Part shown: in pieces, positions 44,414 to 57,936 of the stretch
How positions within the stretch are numbered: the stretch's first letter is position 1
Layout: each line of letters starts with the position of its first letter
From: a virus
DNA length: 64,000 bases
Direction: 5' to 3' (one strand)
IMG/VR virus record: IMGVR_UViG_3300023202_000163
Coordinates: 14,117-78,116 of that record
Notes under the pieces: model-generated
What the model was told of the DNA's origin: nothing
Database searches by the model: none
Seen by the model: only the letters and a program-made list of their open reading frames with translations
Position numbers and translations under genes: made by a program

Positions 44414-46264
44414 ATGAGTGAAATAGGACCAACAGGGCCAATAGGGCCTACAGGACCAACGGGTCCGGCAGGGCCGCAAGGGGCTCCGGGCCCTTCCTTG
44501 CCGGGAGCTACAGGCGCTACGGGAGCTACGGGAACTTCGCCCCCTGCCATCCCTGGCCCAAAGGGGGATAAGGGTGGAACAGGGTCTACCGGACCTACAG
44601 GTTCTGCTGGTATACCTGGACCTGCTGGCGCTAAAGGAGATCGCGGTGCTCAGGGCCCTATAGGCGTTAAAGGAAACTCTATAACCGGAGCAACCGGACC
44701 AACAGGCCCCCCAGGCCCCGCAGGCATAGGCTTGGCTGGAGCAAAGGGTAATACGGGCAACACCGGTTTAACGGGCCCTGTGGGCACAACAGGAGCTACA
44801 GGAAGAACTGGAAATACGGGCCCCACAGGGGCCAAAGGGGCCACAGGAGTAGGCCTAGTGGGGCCCACTGGAGCTACTTCTGGCTCTACCGGGGCCACAG
44901 GAGCCCAAGGCAACACAGGGGCTACAGGAATAGCCGGACCTACTGGTCCTCAAGGAATTCAAGGAAATCAAGGAATCCAGGGAGAGACAGGACATCAAGG
45001 ATTATTAGGACCTACTGGTCCGCAGGGGGAGACAGGGCCACAGGGTCCTGCCGGAGGGCCGACCGGACCCACCGGGGAGGGATCTGCTGGCCCTACCGGA
45101 CCCACCGGACCCACTGGGGGAATTACTATACATGCTCAACTATCTAACCTTTCTGCCGATGACCACCCTCAATACGTTTTAACCGATGGAAGCAGAGGCC
45201 TTGCTAACAATAACAATGCAGGTTTGCGATTAATAATTGATTCTGGATTGACCTCTTCGCAACTATCTGTTATAGACTTTCAAGACAGAGGCTCGGATGC
45301 TTGGCGTCTTGGGAAGAATAGTGCAAATTCTTTTTTCCTACAAAATACAAATTTAGGGAATACCACTGTAATTATACAGGATGAAGCTCCTACAAATTCT
45401 TTAGTGATACTGGATTCTGGAAATGTAGGGTTAGGTACCGGGTCTCCTGCACAAAAACTCCATGTAATAGGGAGCGCTAGAGTTCAAGGCGACGAACTTA
45501 GAGTAGACAATAATGCAGATAATGACACTACTGTAACCATAGATAGTGGTTCCGCCGCTCCTCAGCATTCTCATTTAGTCTTCTCTGATAGAAACTTTGC
45601 GCAATGGTTCCTATGTAAGCCCCCGGATAATACTTTTTTCTTACAGCACGTACCTGATGGCTCCCCCTTAATTACATTTAGACCTAATCATACAATAGAT
45701 CTTAATGCCAATACTGTATTTCAGAAGGCTTCTTCTGATAATATGGATATACATGCGCACGCAGCAAGACATGCTCCCGGTGGGCAAGACCCTATAGATT
45801 TTTCAGGGGCTCAGCAAATAGGGCTAATAGGGCAAAATTCAGTAGAATCGTTAAATATTGCAATAGGTAATAATTGGACAGATTTAACAGGACCTTCTGT
45901 AGGTTTAGGGCAAGATTTAGTTTTTGATTTCTCTTCTCGTAGTGCAAATACAATAATTAAAATAGAATATTTTATGACGTTTGCAGAAGCGGGGGGTGCG
46001 GGAGATACATGGTCAGCCGAGGGGAGACTAGTACGTATTGATTCGTTTGGTACTACCCAAGAAGGTCCTGGAATCTTTGGAACAGGAGTTTCTAGTAATC
46101 AGGGCCCACAAAACATAGAAGGAGTTACTGTTAGTGGTTCTCGTTACGTAATAACTCCTCCTGAACTTGTGACGTTTAGACTACAAGCCAGGGAATCTAA
46201 CACGGAAACCATATGTATCATGACCTCTTTTGTTTTCACAGAACTACGTAACGTATCTCTATAA
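44414..46264 (+). CDS. Collagen-like fibre 5
   Basis: Collagen from residue 5, [15 protein letters not shown], fibre repeat [30 protein letters not shown]-terminal beta domain. Confidence 0.88.
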   Translation: MSEIGPTGPIGPTGPTGPAGPQGAPGPSLPGATGATGATGTSPPAIPGPKGDKGGTGSTGPTGSAGIPGPAGAKGDRGAQGPIGVKGNSITGATGPTGPPGPAGIGLAGAKGNTGNTGLTGPVGTTGATGRTGNTGPTGAKGATGVGLVGPTGATSGSTGATGAQGNTGATGIAGPTGPQGIQGNQGIQGETGHQGLLGPTGPQGETGPQGPAGGPTGPTGEGSAGPTGPTGPTGGITIHAQLSNLSADDHPQYVLTDGSRGLANNNNAGLRLIIDSGLTSSQLSVIDFQDRGSDAWRLGKNSANSFFLQNTNLGNTTVIIQDEAPTNSLVILDSGNVGLGTGSPAQKLHVIGSARVQGDELRVDNNADNDTTVTIDSGSAAPQHSHLVFSDRNFAQWFLCKPPDNTFFLQHVPDGSPLITFRPNHTIDLNANTVFQKASSDNMDIHAHAARHAPGGQDPIDFSGAQQIGLIGQNSVESLNIAIGNNWTDLTGPSVGLGQDLVFDFSSRSANTIIKIEYFMTFAEAGGAGDTWSAEGRLVRIDSFGTTQEGPGIFGTGVSSNQGPQNIEGVTVSGSRYVITPPELVTFRLQARESNTETICIMTSFVFTELRNVSL

Positions 46265-46289
46265 TATTATATATCCTTAGGAGAAAAAT

Positions 46290-46832
46290 ATGGCCGTTTC
46301 TATAAGAATTCATCCAAACGCTTTTGATGCTGGCGGCCCCTTAGAGGGTTTTGACGTTAGAGCCAATCCTCCATTTGCTAATACTTTATCCAGCCCAAGG
46401 GTTCCTAGTTTCAATAATCCAGAAGGAAGCCCATTAGCCCCTAAGCCTGGGTTTATTGCAAGCGCCTCTCCCTTGACCCATAGAACCAACATAAATGAGG
46501 ACGGCACTTCAGCACCTGCCGCGCCTTCTGCCACCAGAAACGAAGCGCAAGATGTTCGTGTACATATATCCCCCACAACCGGTTCTTCTATTCTGCGCGG
46601 AAGGCCATTCCAGCCAGGGAACGTGGAATTTGATCTTGCTTATGGAATAGATGTGGGTATAGCCCCCTCTTCAATAGATGAAAATTTGTTTGAAACCGCT
46701 TTGTTGGACACTGTTGGTAGACAGTTTATGGCAACTCTCCAAGACTTGATTATGCGACAAATAATCGAAGTTAGGGATCAAAATGGGGTTGTACTAACTG
46801 CTCAGACATTAGCAGACTTTTCTGTAACATAA
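46290..46832 (+). CDS. Putative structural protein
   Basis: 180 aa, AGGAG RBS, Pro/Ser/Ala-rich. Confidence 0.65.
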   Translation: MAVSIRIHPNAFDAGGPLEGFDVRANPPFANTLSSPRVPSFNNPEGSPLAPKPGFIASASPLTHRTNINEDGTSAPAAPSATRNEAQDVRVHISPTTGSSILRGRPFQPGNVEFDLAYGIDVGIAPSSIDENLFETALLDTVGRQFMATLQDLIMRQIIEVRDQNGVVLTAQTLADFSVT

Positions 46833-46850
46833 CTACACTAAAGACTTTGC

Positions 46851-49685
46851 ATGAAAAACATTTGTTTTCTATGCGAAAGTACAGAATTTTACTCAGCAGT
46901 TTCAACTAGTGGTGAGAATACGCCTTATTTAGTTTGTGGTGGCTGTGGGGTATGGGCACAATTTCCTGAAAAATCCTTTAAAAGAAGTTCAGTCTTACTA
47001 GAGGATTCAGAACTATCAGAAAATTATAAATTAATAAACCAAGACTTGGCTGAGAGGCTTGCAGCAAAGCATAAACCCGAAAGCGTTTTAGACATAGGCC
47101 CCAAATCCCTTCATTTCACAGAGTGTTTTAAGGGTTTAGGGATAAATAAAGTTATAAGTATAGATGATTGCGAGACAAAAAAATATAAAATAGAAAAAAA
47201 CTCTAACAAAATTGTAGGGGATTTTCTAAGCTATAATTTTAATGGACAAAAATTTGATCTTATAACTTTAGTTCATTCTATCGAGAGATTTAAAAATCCT
47301 GTTTCTTTATTTAAAAAAATAAAAAGTATTTTGACAGATAAAGGAGTTGTTTACGTTAGAACTCCATTATCTGAATCGGTAGGTTTGCCTACTCACCTAA
47401 AAAAAGAAAATTATAAGAAAAATTCAATTATTTTTTCAAAAAAATCCTTTAAAGCTTTATGTAAAAAAGAAGGTTTTGTAATTTTTGATGAATGGGAACA
47501 ACCTGGTCTTGGCCAAATTGATTGGCAATTGAAAATTGCTGATGATATTAGAGTTTCTTTTGCTGTAATTTCACACAACGAAGAAAAAATTATAGGTAGA
47601 ATGCTCGACAGTATCTCCCCCATAGCTTGGGAGGTAGTAGTGTATTTAAATAATTGCAGCGACAACACACCACAAGTTATAAAAGATTTTAGTAAAAGAA
47701 CAGGAATTAAAATAAAAATTATAGAAGGGTTTTGGGACAATAACTTCGCCCGCGCTAAAAATGAGGCTATAATGGCCTGTGAGGGTACACACGTAGCTTG
47801 GATGGATTGTGATGATGTGTTATCCCCAGATGCCCCAGAAAAAATTATTAAGCTTTTACAAGAAAAACCCGACCATCCTCAGGATTGGAGACTTATATAC
47901 GGCGGAGACACATTTTTCCATCTAAGGTTATGGAAGAATGAAGCCAGAGACGACGGTAAAGGAAATGTCTATAAACCACATTTTCACGATAAATGCCATG
48001 AATATGTACAATTAGGTGCTTATGGTAGTATGAAGATTAAATGTGACACTATTACGCTAAAACATATTCCCCAGCCAAAAGATGCGTCTGGCAGAAACAT
48101 AGAAATACTAACTGAAGCTGAAAAGGTAGGACCTACGCCTTGTCCATATTGCCCAGGAGAATTTGATGGCAAAAGCAGAACTCTTTTTTATCTTGGTAAC
48201 GGATTAAGAGAAGCTGGTCGGTATGAAGAAGCATTAAAGAGGTACGATACATATCTAATAAACAATATGGGGTGGCACGACGAGAGATTCTGGGCTTGGA
48301 TGTATAAGGGCCAGTGTCATCAAGGGCTAAACCAAAAAGAAGAAGCTTTAAAAGCATATTGCCAAGCCATAGCTACCAATTCTCATTGGGCTGAGCCTTA
48401 CCTCGCTATAGCAAGAATGAAGTATCAAGAGGGTGCAGATACAAAAGAAGTAGCAAAATTCCAGCAAGCTATATCTTGGGCAGTACACGCAGCAACAAAT
48501 CCAATACCAAACACTTTAATGTTTTTGAATATGGGGGCTTATAAAGACCAACCATGGAGGTTAATAAGCTGGTGTTGGGAACATCTAGGAGATTTCGAGA
48601 AAGCTCTTAATTATGGTATAATAGCAAAAGAAAAAATAGGCGGGGAAGATCAATCTTGGGATGATCGTTTAAATAGGTTGCGTACCAGTTTAAATAAAAG
48701 TTCGCCCTCTGTCTCCAATGCTTCAAATAAAATAGTTCAAATATGCAGACCCGGCGCATTAGGTGATATTATCATGTCCACGGCTGCGTGCAAAGGTTTA
48801 AAAGAACAGGGTTATTACGTTCGTTATGTATGCCATCCCAGTTCTATAGAAGCAATATCCAATAATCCTTTTGTTGACGAAGTAATTACGGTTTCTGATA
48901 ATAATTATCCTAAAATTGTAGAAGCTACAAAGAATCTTGAAAAACCAGAAAAGTTTATACTTATGCAGTATCCTATGAATGAAGGCTATCCGGATAAACC
49001 TATGCAAAAACATCTATCTCATTATTTTTGCGAGCAAGCCGGGGTACCGCAGACTACTGATTTAAGTTTAGGTCTTACTCAGGAACATTTAAATTACGGG
49101 GCTGAGAATGGTTTCGGTAAAGTAGTTGTGCACACTACCGCAGGTTGGTCCCCGTTAAAAAATTGGCCTATAAATTGGTACGAAAAATTAGCCAAAATGA
49201 TAAAAGAAGAACTAGGCTTGGATGTAATACAGATAGGAGCAGAGAGGGATGTCCCTGTAGGGGGGATTACTAAGCTGGTAACTCCTTCAATAAAACATGC
49301 TGCGGCGGTGCAGAAATTCTGTACTCTTTTTATTGGCGGGGATTCAGTATTTAATCATACCTCTCGCGCAATGAATAAGAGATCCATTATTATATGGGGG
49401 TCTACTCATCCTCTTGGTTCTGGCTACGACCAGAATATAAATTTAGTAAATGGAGAAAAATGGACAAGAGACATGGGAAACGGGGGACCCACTAAAGAGT
49501 GTCAACCGTGCTATAAGGAGTTTAATCACATGTCTGTACACCCCAAACCTCCCTGTCCTAACTTAGTCGCGCATGATATCTCTACTCTTCCCAGAGAAGA
49601 CTACCCAGAAAAGACATTAAATAGCTGTATGTCAAAAAATACTGTAAATCTTGTATGGAAATACACTAAAGAACTTTTATCTTAG
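46851..49685 (+). CDS. Multidomain methyltransferase-like / GT2 / TPR / GT9 glycosyltransferase
   Basis: CxxC..CxxC plus VLDIG and FDLITLVHSIE; VISHNEE, NFARAKN, MDCDD (DxD); TPR helices; RPGALGDII, KNWP, FIGGDSVFNH, WGST. Confidence 0.88.
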   Translation: MKNICFLCESTEFYSAVSTSGENTPYLVCGGCGVWAQFPEKSFKRSSVLLEDSELSENYKLINQDLAERLAAKHKPESVLDIGPKSLHFTECFKGLGINKVISIDDCETKKYKIEKNSNKIVGDFLSYNFNGQKFDLITLVHSIERFKNPVSLFKKIKSILTDKGVVYVRTPLSESVGLPTHLKKENYKKNSIIFSKKSFKALCKKEGFVIFDEWEQPGLGQIDWQLKIADDIRVSFAVISHNEEKIIGRMLDSISPIAWEVVVYLNNCSDNTPQVIKDFSKRTGIKIKIIEGFWDNNFARAKNEAIMACEGTHVAWMDCDDVLSPDAPEKIIKLLQEKPDHPQDWRLIYGGDTFFHLRLWKNEARDDGKGNVYKPHFHDKCHEYVQLGAYGSMKIKCDTITLKHIPQPKDASGRNIEILTEAEKVGPTPCPYCPGEFDGKSRTLFYLGNGLREAGRYEEALKRYDTYLINNMGWHDERFWAWMYKGQCHQGLNQKEEALKAYCQAIATNSHWAEPYLAIARMKYQEGADTKEVAKFQQAISWAVHAATNPIPNTLMFLNMGAYKDQPWRLISWCWEHLGDFEKALNYGIIAKEKIGGEDQSWDDRLNRLRTSLNKSSPSVSNASNKIVQICRPGALGDIIMSTAACKGLKEQGYYVRYVCHPSSIEAISNNPFVDEVITVSDNNYPKIVEATKNLEKPEKFILMQYPMNEGYPDKPMQKHLSHYFCEQAGVPQTTDLSLGLTQEHLNYGAENGFGKVVVHTTAGWSPLKNWPINWYEKLAKMIKEELGLDVIQIGAERDVPVGGITKLVTPSIKHAAAVQKFCTLFIGGDSVFNHTSRAMNKRSIIIWGSTHPLGSGYDQNINLVNGEKWTRDMGNGGPTKECQPCYKEFNHMSVHPKPPCPNLVAHDISTLPREDYPEKTLNSCMSKNTVNLVWKYTKELLS

Positions 49686-49705
49686 ATTTTAAAGGATTTT
49701 AAAGG

Positions 49706-50365
49706 ATGACAGAAGAAATTATGAATATTGAAAGTGTTATATTCGACCCATCAGATAATGCTGAAGAAGATAAAACCATAAATGGGGTTCCTGCGGGGTA
49801 TATGAGTCCAAATTATCCAAGAATGATAGACGAGAAAGGGGAACAATCCTCTATTGATTTATCTGTTATCGTTTCCCGTTTCCACAAAAACCCTGAACAA
49901 GTATGTGTGTATACAGGTCTTCCTGTGGACGGAATCAACGTCATAGATGGTAATTCGAATAATTTTTTAATAACTAATCTGGAACCTGTGTCAAAACAAG
50001 CCTCTAACGTTATACCGTTTATGCCAAAAATTTCAGCAAATAGAAGAATTTTGACGGATTTTGGAGATTTTGATATTGAATTGTTCGGAGTTCCTTCTTT
50101 TCGTGCTTATAGGATTTTAGATTCTTTGCACGAAGAAAATTTAATAGAAAATGTACCCAGTACTTTAAATCTTCCATACGAGGAATTAAAACTTATGTGG
50201 ATATGGAATGATCTCACCAAAGTTAAATTACTAAAGGGCTTGAAAAAAATAAAATGGATAAATAGAAAAACAAATTCATCAATTGAACTAACAAATGAAT
50301 CGGTGGCAGAATTCTGTATAAGGGCCTTGCACGCCGACGTTACTGAAGGCTTTGCTGCCAAATAA
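49706..50365 (+). CDS. Hypothetical protein with degenerate HNH-like motif
   Basis: INVIDGNSNNFLITNL resembles VHHIDGNxxNNxxxNL without the His. Confidence 0.6.
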   Translation: MTEEIMNIESVIFDPSDNAEEDKTINGVPAGYMSPNYPRMIDEKGEQSSIDLSVIVSRFHKNPEQVCVYTGLPVDGINVIDGNSNNFLITNLEPVSKQASNVIPFMPKISANRRILTDFGDFDIELFGVPSFRAYRILDSLHEENLIENVPSTLNLPYEELKLMWIWNDLTKVKLLKGLKKIKWINRKTNSSIELTNESVAEFCIRALHADVTEGFAAK

Positions 50366-50437
50366 TATTTGGAAGTATAAAATTAATTAAAGATATGCTA
50401 AAATTAAATAGCAAAATATTAAATAAAAGGAGAATAA

Positions 50438-51151
50438 ATGTCTAGTCCAGATCTTGACCAGCTACTAAACGAAGGGAAGAAGATTTACGTAGAGAACACC
50501 TCCAGACCTATGGGTCATATTGTTCTTACTTTCGTAAACCCTAACGGGAAAGCTGTTCCGCGACCCATTCCCAGAACTTGGATTCCTATCTGTCTAACAG
50601 ATTCGTTAGCCCCTAATATCATTAGGGAAAGCAATGATCTTAGACAATTTATATCAAAGGGAATATTAAGACTTGTAGATCCGGCAGAAGCACAGAAAGT
50701 TCTTAGCACACCCGATGGTAAAGAAGAACAAGAAAGACTAAACTTGTCCGACTTTTCTAACAGAGCAGAGGCCACTGAACGTGTCCTTATGTTGGAAGCA
50801 AAGCAAAGAGAAGCAAACTTGGACAACCCCATGGGTCCTCCGCAGGATCATATGATAGATCCAGTAAGTAGTCGAGTAAAGTCTACGTTACTCCAAGTAG
50901 AGTCTAAGGATCTCACAGAAAGAGAAGCTGTTAGTGAATTTAGAATCATGCAAAAAGAATTAAGTAATCATGATTTAACATATATTATTTCTCAAGTAGA
51001 GAATGAAGGACCTCTGAAAAGGTTTGCTTTACAGATACTTTCTGAAAAAAATTCCACAGTAGACACGGACGTAGTTGCGGAAAATACTGAAGAAGAGCCT
51101 GCTGAGGATCCTGCCGCTGTGGAGGCTGCGAGGGCCAACCAGAAGGTATAA
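50438..51151 (+). CDS. Hypothetical (probably virion) protein
   Basis: 237 aa, AAGGAG RBS. Confidence 0.75.
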   Translation: MSSPDLDQLLNEGKKIYVENTSRPMGHIVLTFVNPNGKAVPRPIPRTWIPICLTDSLAPNIIRESNDLRQFISKGILRLVDPAEAQKVLSTPDGKEEQERLNLSDFSNRAEATERVLMLEAKQREANLDNPMGPPQDHMIDPVSSRVKSTLLQVESKDLTEREAVSEFRIMQKELSNHDLTYIISQVENEGPLKRFALQILSEKNSTVDTDVVAENTEEEPAEDPAAVEAARANQKV

Positions 51152-51166
51152 TTAGGAGAAAAATCT

Positions 51167-52264
51167 ATGGCTGGTGTGGCTAGTATTACTTCGTTAATAA
51201 ATGGTGACAGCGGTCCTGGGTTTTTGAGAAGCCCCCGATCCGGTGGAGGTTTTGCGAATTCTTTTTTTGCCCTAACAGGCAATGCTTTAGGGTTCGGTCG
51301 GGGTCTTCTTCCTAACGAAGGATTACTAGAGAATAGAAATGATTTTGAATGGGAAATGGGATGCCTTTCTTGGCAGCGTGGCGGAGGTAGGTTTTTTGTT
51401 ACAGACCCGGAAACAGGAGAAGTACAAGTAGAGAGAGGTTTATTTAGCAACAATACTAGAGAACGTGTAGAAGATGTTCCCCCAAAAGCCATAAAGTTTA
51501 GAGTAAACCCTTCCGATGTCTCTTGGACCTTGGCTCAACGTTCCCAGGAACAAAAAACCAAAGCAGGTACTGTTCTTCATGTTTGGAACGATAACCAACG
51601 TAAAACATATTATGACGAGCCAGTTTTAACTATAAATTTTCAATCTGGAAATATTCTTCCAAGAAGAAGTGTTTTAGACTTTAACGGAAGAATACCAGAA
51701 GGTTTAGATAACTTCTATGAATTTATGGCATTGGTCGATGAAGTAAAAGTATTAGATAACGGTGATCCAAATCTTTGCTATATTCAATACAATAGCTTAA
51801 TTTTTCCTTCTATTACTTTGTGGGGATTTTGGCAGCCACAGGGCATTTCATTTTCTGACAATTCTAATACACATGCCCAGGTAAATAATTGGACAGCTTC
51901 TTTTACGGTTTATAAATCTACCCCTGAAATCGGTAGAGCTATTGCGACCAATAACCAAAGCAGGGTGGATGGTCAAGAAGCAGGCTTACCTTTAAAGCAA
52001 AGATACCTAGAACGTGTGGGATTCACATACTCTAACAAAAGAAGTGAAACTTTTGCACCTCTACAGCAACTTGCAATTACGTCAAGAGCTGTCATTTCAG
52101 GACAAGTTCCTCCAGGGGATATAGCCAGTGCAGCTAAAGCTTCAGTAAACGCTGCCAGCAGAAACGTCACAGCGTCGGCAGTTACTGCCGCTGTAGGGGC
52201 GGGGGCTGCCATAGCAGCCGGAGCGGGAGGGGCCCGCGCTGGGGCCAGTAGAGCGGCTTTTTAA
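51167..52264 (+). CDS. Putative baseplate hub/tail-tube initiator protein
   Basis: FRVNPSDVSW...QKTKAG...W.....LTINFQSG and terminal WTASFTV resemble tube-fold baseplate proteins. Confidence 0.55.
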   Translation: MAGVASITSLINGDSGPGFLRSPRSGGGFANSFFALTGNALGFGRGLLPNEGLLENRNDFEWEMGCLSWQRGGGRFFVTDPETGEVQVERGLFSNNTRERVEDVPPKAIKFRVNPSDVSWTLAQRSQEQKTKAGTVLHVWNDNQRKTYYDEPVLTINFQSGNILPRRSVLDFNGRIPEGLDNFYEFMALVDEVKVLDNGDPNLCYIQYNSLIFPSITLWGFWQPQGISFSDNSNTHAQVNNWTASFTVYKSTPEIGRAIATNNQSRVDGQEAGLPLKQRYLERVGFTYSNKRSETFAPLQQLAITSRAVISGQVPPGDIASAAKASVNAASRNVTASAVTAAVGAGAAIAAGAGGARAGASRAAF

Positions 52265-52341
52265 AGTACTCCACAGTGTAGTTAAAGTTTTATTATTTAT
52301 ACTTTGTAGCAGTTTGCAAGAAGTATACAGGGTCAAAGTTT

Positions 52342-52698
52342 ATGCAAAATTCTAATAAAATTTATATAGATCGTTATACAATTGAGGCGGGAAAAGAATG
52401 TTCAGATTGTTTAAGATGGTTTGTTCCTATATTTAAAAATAGTGATCCTTGTCCGCATTGTGAAAGATTAGGGGTACCTAATTATCCTAACCGAATTAGG
52501 TATTTAGCAATAAAAGCGGGAATATCTTTAAGAGACATTGCTAGAATATCAAAAATTTCTTGGAGAACCATTCGTTTAGCCTCCCAGGGTGAAAGAGATC
52601 CTCATCTTACCACGAAAAGAGAAATAGCAAAAGCTTTAGGAATGTCTATCAGAAAGACCGACATAGCTTACATATTTCCCCATGGAAGGAAAATGTAA
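52342..52698 (+). CDS. Zn-finger plus XRE-type HTH protein
   Basis: CSDC...CPHC; NRIRYLAIKAGISLRDIARISKISWRTIR...EIAKALG. Confidence 0.75.
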   Translation: MQNSNKIYIDRYTIEAGKECSDCLRWFVPIFKNSDPCPHCERLGVPNYPNRIRYLAIKAGISLRDIARISKISWRTIRLASQGERDPHLTTKREIAKALGMSIRKTDIAYIFPHGRKM

Positions 52699-53270
52699 TG
52701 AAAATATGTTGGAAAAGAAAAATAGAAGCAGATTACAGTTATGCGTCTACACAGGTCAACCTCCCAGAAGATGTTTCTAAAAAAATCATAAGGTGGGGAA
52801 AAGAAAATATTGATGACGATGATATAAAAGAAGATGAGGAGGACGACTCTATGGGAAGAGAAGACACTCCCCATTGTACGATTCTATACGGTATTGTTGA
52901 TAATAATGTAGAACCTGTTAAAAATTTATTAAAATACGAAAAACCGATAGAAGCAGAACTTGGAAAAATATCTGTATTCACTGGTGATGAATATGACGTA
53001 GTTAAAATAGATGTAAAATCCAAAGATCTTCATCGTTTACATAAAAAGCTAGCAGATAATATAGAGAACGAAAATAAATTTCCAGAATACAAACCACATG
53101 TAACAATTGCTTATGTAAGTCCAGGAAAAGGTAAGAAATACTCCGGAAGTTTAGAGTTTGAAGGCATTAAATTAACCTTTAATAAAATACGATTTTCTTC
53201 AAAATCAGAAGAAGTAAGCTATATTTATTTAACAAAAAATATAGCTTCCAACTTAAATTGGAAAGTATAG
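52698..53270 (+). CDS. 2H phosphoesterase, T4 57B/Acb1-like
   Basis: Two HxT motifs: GREDTPHCTILYG and FPEYKPHVTIAY. Confidence 0.85.
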   Translation: MKICWKRKIEADYSYASTQVNLPEDVSKKIIRWGKENIDDDDIKEDEEDDSMGREDTPHCTILYGIVDNNVEPVKNLLKYEKPIEAELGKISVFTGDEYDVVKIDVKSKDLHRLHKKLADNIENENKFPEYKPHVTIAYVSPGKGKKYSGSLEFEGIKLTFNKIRFSSKSEEVSYIYLTKNIASNLNWKV

Positions 53271-56708
<3,438 letters not shown>

Positions 56709-57001
56709 AGTTGTCTTTAGATTTATCGACTGGGGAGATAATAATATTGCCTGTCTTTTAGGTATTATCTACAGGGGATGTTATAATATTACCTGTAATG
56801 GTAGGATACACCTTTGAAGCTATAGAGGCATCATGTTATCTTGTTTGTCGCTATCTTCCGGAAGAGGCTGCTGATGAAGTTAGGCCATTAGAAGCTTCTA
56901 GAGAAATCCCTAAAATCTGGCCTTTTCATTTAGATTTTAATTAAAAAAATTGGAGTTAATTATATCTGTAATTAGTCAACAGCACAATAATAGGGGCAAA
57001 A

Positions 57002-57241
57002 ATGGACATACGAGATTTAAGTTGGAAGAAAAAAACTGGAGGTAACACACTAATAGCCGAAATTGAAAAATTAGCAGAAAAAGTAAAAGTACCTGCGGGA
57101 AAAAGAAGAGATTTAAGATGGATGGCTAATAATCTTAGATCTTTGGCAAAAAAAGATAAAGTATGTTGCTGCGAAATGAAAGTATTAATCAGTTATGTAG
57201 ATTTGGCCCTACAGCAAGGTATAAATTCCCTTAGTGAATAG
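57002..57241 (+). CDS. Small basic protein with N-terminal DLSW tag
   Basis: MDIRDLSWKKK; AGGGG RBS. Confidence 0.7.
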   Translation: MDIRDLSWKKKTGGNTLIAEIEKLAEKVKVPAGKRRDLRWMANNLRSLAKKDKVCCCEMKVLISYVDLALQQGINSLSE

Positions 57242-57266
57242 ATTATATATTAATGGGGTACTTTAG

Positions 57267-57518
57267 ATGCTTGCTAAAAACTTAAATTGGAATACAGTAA
57301 TTTCTGCCAACAAACGTCTAATGCGGCGTTTGAAAAAAGGGCGATATGAAGGCATTTGTAAAAGCGGTAAAAGAGTAAGAATAGATGAAATTGATGGAAA
57401 ATGGGAACTTTATTTCGGTACTGAATTTTTAGGAAAGTATCCACTTAAGAGAACTGCCCTAAAAAAAGCTAATGCGTTATTAATTTCTGAGGAGTGCGAT
57501 AAAGAAAAATATGAGTAA
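57267..57518 (+). CDS. Small basic protein with N-terminal AKNLNW tag
   Basis: MLAKNLNWNTVISA. Confidence 0.7.
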   Translation: MLAKNLNWNTVISANKRLMRRLKKGRYEGICKSGKRVRIDEIDGKWELYFGTEFLGKYPLKRTALKKANALLISEECDKEKYE

Positions 57519-57936
57519 CTATGTATGCGGAAAACACGGAGAGTATACACCTATTTTCGACAGAATAATAAAAGAAAAGGAATGTCCTCGTATAATTTGC
57601 GAAAAATGCGAAGAAGATTCTTATAAAGATCCGGAAAAAAGGCCCAAAAATATCCCATATTTTTATAACGGTAATAAAAAGGCTGTTTTAACTGAAGCTC
57701 ACTATGGGTCCGCTGTGTGGCAATTCGACCCTCCTGTAATATACCCAGAATGGCATTTTGACAAAGAACTTAATCCAGTTGTTGCAGAAAATGCAAAAAC
57801 CCCTGAAGAAATAATGGAACAGATGGAAGCGATGTTACCTGAAATAGAGAGAATATGTAAAGAAAACGGAGTAAACATTCCCGATCCAAGGGATTTATTT
57901 ATAGTTCCTGGAAGGAACATGCGTGTCCGAGAATAA
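57511..57936 (+). CDS. Hypothetical Zn-binding protein
   Basis: CGKHG...CP...CEKC. Confidence 0.7.
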   Translation: MSNYVCGKHGEYTPIFDRIIKEKECPRIICEKCEEDSYKDPEKRPKNIPYFYNGNKKAVLTEAHYGSAVWQFDPPVIYPEWHFDKELNPVVAENAKTPEEIMEQMEAMLPEIERICKENGVNIPDPRDLFIVPGRNMRVRE

